IMG/VR virus record: IMGVR_UViG_3300005582_000033 | Coordinates: 1-38,447 of that record | Source: a virus | Lineage: Duplodnaviria; Caudoviricetes | Direction: 5' to 3' (one strand) | Length of the DNA stretch: 38,447 nt | Shown here: positions 19,901 to 28,900 of the stretch, one piece after another | How the letters are laid out: each line of letters opens with the position of its first letter | Position numbering within the stretch: the stretch's first letter is position 1 | Notes under the pieces: generated by a model | What the model was told of the DNA's origin: nothing | Databases searched by the model: none | Seen by the model: the letters and a program-made list of their open reading frames with translations, nothing else | Translations under genes and position numbers: made by a program

Positions 19901-22900
19901 TTTGAAGCGGCGCGTCATCCTCGACGGTGAACTGAACAAGCTCACCGCCCTGCGGACGGCGCACGTCCGCGACAAGAACAACCGCGAGAATACCTTGGAC
20001 CGTGCCAAGAACGATGTCGCATCGCTCACGCGGCAAGACCCCGACGGCATACGCGCCGAGGGCAAGAAGTTCGCCGGACTCTATGGCCGGAAGAAGCGGA
20101 TCGTCAAAACGACGAAGGGAGCGTTTGAAAAAATCTTTCCCGGTCATTTCGGAAAAATTACTGCCGAACAGGAAAAAGAACCGTGGGAGCGCGAAGTTGA
20201 AGCTCCGGTTTATCGATTCGCCGATCAAGAGATCGACACGGCCAAGTCGGATCAAACGATCACCAAACCGCTGAATGTGTTCATCGCGGACGCAATGGTT
20301 GACGCCAAAGACACCGGGGAAATCGCAACCCGTGACATCACGCTGAACGGCGAGCGGTTCGTTCTCGCCGTCAGTCACTACAAATCCTTTGGGGAATCCC
20401 GCTACTCCGCCCGTGTTGTGTGGCCCGGCAAGGTCGCCGGCCGCGTGGTGTTCGAGGCTTCCGTCAACGTCAGCGGCGAATCTCCGGCATCGAGCCTTCT
20501 CGACGGACTTCGCACACTTTCCAACCCCGACTACGCTGAGAAATACGCCAGCAACATCGAGCGCGAGATCGAGATGCACCAGCAGACCGTCGCGACGCTG
20601 GAACCACTGGTTGCCAATCCCCGCCCGTTCGCCGAAGAACAGGAATGGCGCGAGAAGTCCCGCGAGTCCATCGAAGTCAACCGCTTGCTCGCTCAAGCGA
20701 ACTCTGACCCGCGCAAGCATCGCTACTTTCGGGCACTTTCCCGATTGGTCGGCGATGATGCCACCGAGCAAATCCTTGGCATCGACGGCAAGGAAGGATT
20801 GCCCGATGTCCCTGCCGACGTGTGGAAACGGATGTTCATCCGCTTCCGGTTGGATCGCCGTGGCGTGCAGAACAACCCGGCGGCGATTGCGAAGAGGTTT
20901 CGCGATGTGGTTGCTACCGACACCGGCCAAGCGGCTGCGGACGCAGCGCGAGCGGAAGCTGATGCCGCCCGTGGAGGGCTTGGCAACTCCCCGATTGCGG
21001 GCATTGCGCCCGGAGTCATCACCGACGAAATGATTGCGGATCTGACGCGCAAGCTGACTCCGCCCGGCTTCATGTTCGCCTCTCCTCGCTACCGGAAGCG
21101 GGACGGGCGACTTGCCACCCTCCGGGGTATAGAGAACAAGCTGGCCCCCAAACTGGAAGCCCTCGAAGCCCGCGATATGTTCGGTCTTGGATTGGCGGAC
21201 AAGCGCGATCACGCGGCGAAGATCGCAGCGGCGAAAAAGCCACTGGAGAAGATCCGCGCGGAAATCGCGAAGATCGAAAAGGACAAGTATCAGGAGACGA
21301 TGCGCGGCGAAACGAGCTTGCTCCGCGCAGGCCCCCTCCCCGCCCCTATCCTCACCAACTCCCCCGAGTGGATGGCGATGGACAAGGACGAACGCCTTGC
21401 CACCGTCAAGCGGCAGAAGAGCGTCGCCCGCCAATACGTCGAGGCGATCAAGTCCTTGTTCAACGAAGACCTTGGGACCAACGACGGGCTGAAAGACGTG
21501 CCGGAAATCAACTCCAACCCGGTCGAGATGATTCGGGAGATCCGGCACTTGGTCGGCATCACGATCAACGGAATGCAACCGCTCCGCGCCGGGCCGTTAC
21601 CAGCGTCACAGGCATGGTCAACGCCACAACAAAGAGTCAGCAGTAAGGCGACCAGCATTTCATATCCCGATCCTGCCAACAAAAGCCCGATTGTTTTCAC
21701 TGCTTTCAAGGCCGGGAAAATCTCCATCGGTCCAATCAATGCGGACATCGGTGGAGGTCGATTCGATCAGATCACGAATTGGCTGAAAACCCGAGGCGTA
21801 ACGAATGTCGTGTGGGATCGGTTCAACCGTTCCGATGAGTTCAACAATGCCTCAAAAAAACGACTCCAAGGAGGCAAGGCGGACACTGCTACTGCGAGCA
21901 ATGTTCTGAACGTCATTCCAGAAAAGGAATCACGGATTGCCACCATCGCCACCGCTTTCGACTCGATCAAAATTGGAGGAACCGCAGCGTTCTCCATGTA
22001 TGAAGCTCCGCAGGGTGGTGACAAGGGTAAGGATTCCTACCAGCACTCCAAGAAAACAGCGGAATACATTCCCGAGATCGAAGAGGTTTTTGGCAAGGGC
22101 AACGTCAAACGCATCGGCGAGATCCTCGTCGCAACTAAAAATTCACCGCTTCAAGCCGGACCCCTGCCAGCCCCCGCGACCGACTTCAAGCGGTTCCCGG
22201 CGGAATGGAACTCCCTCAACGTGCCACGGGCGGAAATGCCGCAGGTTCCAACGTCGGAGCGTCCGGCGTTCCTGCAATTCCTCAAGGATGCAGGCGTGAA
22301 AGTGACCGACGAGCAGATGGCACCGAAGGCGATCACGCCGATTCAGATCGAATATTTCCCATCGAAGGTCGAGCGGGCGAAAGGCATCCCGCCGGAACGT
22401 CGCGTGTTCGTGTCCGCCGACAACTACCTCCTTGACGGTCATCACCAATGGATGGCGCAACGCGACCGCAGCACGGTGAACGTGACCCGGATCGGGCTAC
22501 CGGTGCGCGAGGCGATCGGGACCATGTTCCTGTTCCCTGGCACCGAGAAGCGCGAGGGTGGTACAGCACTCAACGCTGGGCCGCTGCCGCAGAATACCGG
22601 AGTAAAGGCTTATCGCTATGTGAACCGGGATGGAGTCGGCATGTTAAATCGGGAGGCATACAACATCGATAAACTCAACGACGATGACGCTTCCGATTTA
22701 GAAGAGTGGCTCAACTACGGATTGCAGCAACCGCGAGGCGTGGCAAACGACCAAGTTTTCCTCTTTACCGAGGAAGGAGACGCGAAACATGCGGAAGGGC
22801 TTCGCTTGCTCAAGAAAGCGGCGCGGCGTGGTTTCGTGAAGCAAACGGTATTCGTCTCTGGAGAACCCTCATGGGAAAGTGGCGATGGTCAGATTGCGGT

Positions 22901-25900
22901 ATCCTCATCACAGATCAAACAGACATCCCCCGGCAACCTCCGTGCCGGTCCACTCCCCGCCCCGGATCCGCGCCTTGTGAAAGAGTTCGGCGAGAACTTC
23001 GAGGCGGACGAATACGGAATGCCGGTCATTCCTAAAACCCTGCCGGACGGGCACCCATTGTTGGTGCAGACGGTGGATAAGAAAACCGCGACCATTCCGG
23101 CGGATCACCCGCTGGTTGCCGGTCTTCCCAAGGATCACGACTTAGCGAGGGGACTGCCCGCCGACCACCCGGCATTCAAGGGCGGATTCCTCCAGTCCGG
23201 GGAAATGTCCCGCCGCGCCATGCGCCGCGGCATCGTCCGGTTTTTCATGTCTTTCGGGACTCCACTGGCGGATGACGTGAAACCGATCGCCTACGCCACT
23301 GGCGGCGGCGGCGGGGCTGGTAAGTCCACCATTCTGAAGATTCTCAGCGGAGAGGGCAGTATCAACACCGTTGGCGCAGTCCCGGTGAACTCCGACGACA
23401 TCAAGGCACTGATTCCCGAATGGAATGAAATCGTCAAAGCTGGCGACGGGCGGGCGGCGGCAATCGTTCACGAAGAGTCTAGCAAGACGGCGAAGGACAT
23501 CCTTGGTAAACTCCTGACCGGCGACACGAAATACAACTTCATTTACGACGCCACCTTGGCAAACACCGAAAAGAGCATCCGCCAGTTCGGCGAGTGGAAG
23601 GCAGCGGGATTCGACGTAGTGATGATCGCCGTCACCATCGATCCGCAGGAAGCGGTTGTTCGTGCAACGCTCCGCGCCAAGGAAACCGGGCGATGGGTGC
23701 CAACCGGCGAACTGTTCAAGGCTCACGCCGGGTTCAACCGGGGAGTGATGGAGCTGATGGGCATCGCCGATACGGCATACGCCTACGACAACACGCCTCC
23801 AGAGGCTCACAAAATCGCCGAGAAATCTTCCGAAACGGATACGATTTCTATTGTCAATCAGGAGTTTTTTGAGAAGATCAAATTGCGTGAAGAAGAAGTC
23901 CCAACTCAGTCAAATCAAGATGCCGGCGATAATCTCCGCCGAGCAGATCAGCAAGGAACGCGCTCGCCAGAAGGCGGCGGACAAGGCGGCAATGGCGCGG
24001 ATCAAGGCCAAGGGTCGCTAACCCCCCCCGAACTCGCCCGCCTGATGCGCGGCGACCGGGGCGACGACACCATCGAGCCGACCGGGCAAGAGGAATGGGC
24101 GAAGCGCAACCCGGCCAGCGCGGCAAAACTCCGGGCGGCAGTGGACCGGCAGGCCCGCGCCAAGGGCTACACACCCGAAAAGGTTTTTCATACCACCGAA
24201 TCCACCGAATCAACGGCAGGGAAAACGTATCCTTACGCTCCTGGCGATCTGCGATACACTGGCACCAAAGCCGAAGATTGGGACGAGGTATCCATCAACG
24301 AAAGGGGCGCGTTCTACGTCACTGACGACAAGGACGCGGCAGACCAATTTGGATGGCTGAAAACCCGTTACAAGTCGCTCAAGCATCGGACCATCGAGCT
24401 TTACGCCAAGCAGGGCAACTACTTCGATTCATCCAATCCCGATCACATGGAGTCCGTCAAGCGGTCGGTGACACGGGAAGAACTGAAAGCCTCGAACGAC
24501 TTTTGGGAAGACTTCCACAAGAAGAACCCAGATGGGGGATTCGTGAACAAGAACACATCTCCTCCGCGATGGGGGCAGTTTTGGAAGAAGGACATTGTTG
24601 GATGGCAGGTAATGGAAGATCATCGCGTGATCGCCAAACTCAAAGAAGCGGGTTTCGATGGATACCGGTCGCGCGAAATGAGCCCGGATGAGGACAATGA
24701 GATCGATTTCATGTCTCTTGGCGTATTCAACCCTTCCTCCGTGAAATCTGCGGATCTTGTCACCTTCGACAAGTCCGGCAAGCCAATCCCGATTTCCGAG
24801 CGTTTCGACGATTCCAAGCCCAGCATCCTCTACGCCGGACCACTGCCGACGGCGCAGAACAACGACGCCGAGGAACTCGCCCGCCTGATGAAAGGCGACG
24901 GCGCACGCGAGCCAGAACCGACAAAATTTCGGGAGGATAGAGCCAAATACATAAAGTGGTATGATGAAAGATTAGAGAGGAAGGATGAATTCAACTTGCT
25001 GAATCCGAACAATCGCGGAGATGCCGCCACCGCGCTGTATAACGAATACCTCTCCCGCCAGCCGTTTGCGAAGCTGCCGGAGGAAAGGAACTACCGGGGA
25101 AACATCTCCGACGACCTTCTTACGCCGACGACCAACCAAAAGTTTTGGGCGGAGCGTAATCCGGTCAGTGCTGCCAAACTCCGCAAGGCCGTGGACAGCC
25201 AAGCCCGCGCCAAGGGTTACGAGGTGGATATGCTCCTTCACGGCACTCCAGGCAACAACAAGGAGATCGCCGACGACTCGCAGAAGAATGGCCCGAACGA
25301 AATTCGGAGTTACGATGGCACCGCCCCCGGTGACTTCGACGTGTTCGACGCGAAGAATACCCGGCAAGGAATGGGACTCCATTTCTTCACGAAAGATCGG
25401 GTTTTCGCCGAAGAATTCACGACGTTTGAGGACACCAACGGCAGACGTCCGGGAGGCTATCGCTACATCCCCGCCTATCTCAAAATCCGCAAGGCATGGG
25501 ACAGTAGAAATCCTGAGCATCAAGACATTATCAGGGATCTTGTTCCAGAAGATCAGCAACAACACATTGGATCCGAATTTACTTTTAGATACGTCGAACA
25601 ACCGGACGCGATTGCTCGCCTCAAGAGTCTAGGCTTTGACGCTATCCGACTTTTTGAAAATCCAGGAATGTCCGGAGATTGGGCTTATGATGGATACACT
25701 CACACCGTCGCCGTCTTCAATTCCTCGCAGGCCAAGGATGCCTCACTGGTGACTTTCGACAAGTCCGGCAAGCCAATCCCGATTGCGGAGCGGTTCGACG
25801 ACAGCAAGGATTCCATCCTTTTCGCCGGCCCGCTGACGCCCGCCGATCCTCTTTCATACAAAAAAGCGGATCAAACAGACCCGTTAAGGCAAGGGTCTAA

Positions 25901-28900
25901 GTATTGGATAACCAGCGGGGGAACTTGGTATCAATCCATTGGAGAGCACGGCAATTCCGCCGCAGAAATGGAAGATGATGGGATATCCACTGATGACGCA
26001 ATTCGGGTTGTAGTCGAAAACGGGAAAACATTGTTTTTTGAGGGTTCACCGAACCGGCGACAACTGAAAGAATTGAAAGATGCAGCTCAGATGTATCGGT
26101 TCGATCTGATTGACGATTCAGGAAGATTGTATGCCGGGCCAATCGGCACCCCGGCCCCCGAGGGAGACATCTTCCGCCGCAACGTGCCGATCAACCCCGC
26201 GCTTGTCGAAGAAGCCAAGGCCGAACGCGAGGCATTCGGCAAGAACATGGCCGGTGGTCGCCTCGCCGGTTTCGGGTCCGACCGCACCCGCGCGGAGCAG
26301 GACGCCATTGATGCCGTCTATGAGTTCACCCGCACGGTGCAGAAGAACGCCGATACGATGAACGTCGCCCGGCAGATGCTCGCCCGCGATCCTGCCGACA
26401 TCGAGCGCAAGCTCCTGGATTCCGTCACCGACAAGGATTTCAACCTCACTCCCGCCGATCATCTTGCCATTCAACTCCTGATCGACCGCAAGACGCAGGA
26501 AGCCGGCAACGACCCGAACAAGCTCGCCGAGAACGGAGCGCGGATGATGGCCTACCGGATCATGCGTGGCGATGCCGGCCGATTGCTCCAGATCGGGTAT
26601 GATCGTTACCTCACGCCCGCCGAGCGCAACCTGGCCTCAATCACCGACGCCATCTTCACCCCGACGAAGAAGATTCAGAAGGTCATCGCCAGCCGCCCGG
26701 TTTCCGAGCGGGCAGCGTTCATCCGCGCCGCCGCAGAGGCTCGCGTCAAGACCGTGGAGGCAGAGCTGAAAAAGGCCGGGTTGTCGATTGCCGAAATCAC
26801 CCGCAAGTCCGATAAGCTCGCACTCGAAAACTCGCAAATGATGAAGGAGGTGATGAAGCTCCGCAAAACGCTCGACCAGAACATCCTCAAGATGATTCAG
26901 CACGGCGCGACGCTCGCCGACATCAATCGCCGGTATGGCCCGGAAGCCGCCGCGCAGGCGCAGGGCATCAAAGACAAGGCGATGGACGAACTCGAAGCCA
27001 AGATCACGCCGATGGTGCAGGCTGGCATGACCATGGAAGAGATCGTTGCCAAGCTGGGAGCGTTGCAGGCTGGTCCCATCGGTGGAGCTACCCCCGCGCC
27101 GCTCACCCCGGCGCAAGTCGCCGCCCAGGTCGCGCAGATCATGGCGAACGGACTGGGACTCGCACGCGGCCCGATTGCCGCCACCGCGCCACTTCCCCGC
27201 GCTGCCCGCGCCAAACCACTCGTCAACGTCGCACCGACGGCGATCAACTCCGATTGGTCCCGTCCGATCATCAATGCCGCGCTCGACACCTACACCTTCG
27301 ACACGAAAGACCGCTCGGGGATTATGACTCGCGTGGAGAACATTCGGATGCTCGCCGGGGCCGTCGGCCAGATCGACAAGCTCGACCCGGCGAAGAAAGC
27401 CCAGGCACTCGCCCACCTCGCGGAGATCGACAAGATCCTCGCGAAATACGGCACCGACACCAACACGCTGTTGGCCGAGGTCCACGCCGGAAAGCCCGTC
27501 GAAAGCTACCGTTTCGACATCAACGACGTGCAGCATGTCGCACACATCGCCCGGATCATTTCAACGATGGACGCCGACTGGATCGACAAGGCCAGCGAAG
27601 TTCTTTACGCGAACATGCTCTCCGGCCTGCAAACGATGGTCGTCAACGCGACGGCGGTTTTTCCAGCCGCATGGGAAGCCACCGTTGGCCGCGGCTTTGA
27701 GATGGCGATCAACATCGCGGTCGGCGACCCCCTCGCCCCGCAGGCTGGGGAAATGAAATACATCCTCGCCGCACTCAAGCCTGCATGGACGCGGGCATGG
27801 TCCAACTTCTCCGCATCGATGCAGGCGCAACACCCGATGTTCGACCGGGACGTTCTCAACCAGCAACCCGACATCGAGCGCGTGATGGGCGGCAAAGGCT
27901 ACCGCATGGGCGGCAGCATCTCCGGGAAAAAGGGCGACATCATTCGCATCCCATCCCGCCTCCTGATGGCGACCGATGACTTCAACATGACGCTGTTCAC
28001 GATGGCGGACGTGGGAGCATACGCATTCCGATTCGTGAAGTCTCAGGGATTCAAGCCTGGCACGCCGCAATTCGACAAGGAGATGCGGATTCAGATCAAC
28101 ACCCCCGGCAGTGAGTCCTACATCCTCGCCGCCACGCGCTACAAGCGGGCGATCTTCTCGAACCCGCTGCCCGGCGAACGGGATCCGGTGACCGGCAAGA
28201 CGGTGCCGGTTCACGGGCTGGGTGACATGGTTGGCGAGTGGGCGGGCAAGCTCAACGGAGCACTCACCAAGGAGCATGATTCCATGTTCATCAAGCTCGC
28301 GCAAACCTTGGCGAAGATCAGCTTCTTCCCGTTCCAGCGCGTGCCGTTCAACATCCTGCGGAAAGGCATCCGCTACACGCCGAATCCGGTAAGTCTGTTC
28401 GACATCGGCCTTGGGATCGTCCAAAACTCCCTCACCACCGGACCCAACGGCGAGACGGTTTGGGAGTGGAACACCAACAAGCGGAATGCCGAACTCATCG
28501 AGCGGCTGGGGATGCAGCTCCAAGGCGCGGCATTGCTGACGCTGTTGGTTGCGGTCGGTGCTGGCGAGGGTGACGACGACGACTTGAAGAAGCCATTCCT
28601 CATCACCGGATCAATGCCGTTCACGCCGCAAGGCCGGGCGATGCGCGACGCGCAGACCCGCAGCGGACTCGGACCTTCGAGGTTCAGCTTCCGCAACAAG
28701 GACGGCACGGAGCGGTTTGGATTCAACTATGGCAGGCTCGAACCGCTCGCCACCACGCTCGCCGCAACCATCGACACGGTTCGCGCCGTGAAGCGGGCGC
28801 ACCGCGCGGGTAAGGACAACTACGACGCCGCAGCCGAGGCACTTGGCGGACTGGTCGCGCAGGCCAAAGATAAGTCATTCCTTCGCGGAGTGTCCGACCT

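Noticed and set aside
14847-19950. Inteins or introns in the helicase or terminase
   Set aside because: No C/S...HN-C/S/T splice motifs or LAGLIDADG blocks were noticed, and the frames are continuous.
19089-21578. 829-aa antisense ORF, and the many other long minus-strand ORFs within 7902-31854
   Set aside because: Antisense shadows of GC3-biased sense genes; no motifs, and the plus strand carries clear domains.
24030-25838. Diversity-generating retroelement template/variable repeat pair
   Set aside because: Differences between the copies are not adenine-specific, both copies are coding, and no reverse transcriptase is present in the window.
14187-27083. LxAGP motifs as a DNA repeat, CRISPR-like array or 2A-like ribosomal skipping site
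   Set aside because: The codons are synonymously variable and the spacing is irregular (261 to 7134 nt). The DxExNPGP consensus is absent, and 2A skipping is a eukaryotic-ribosome phenomenon.
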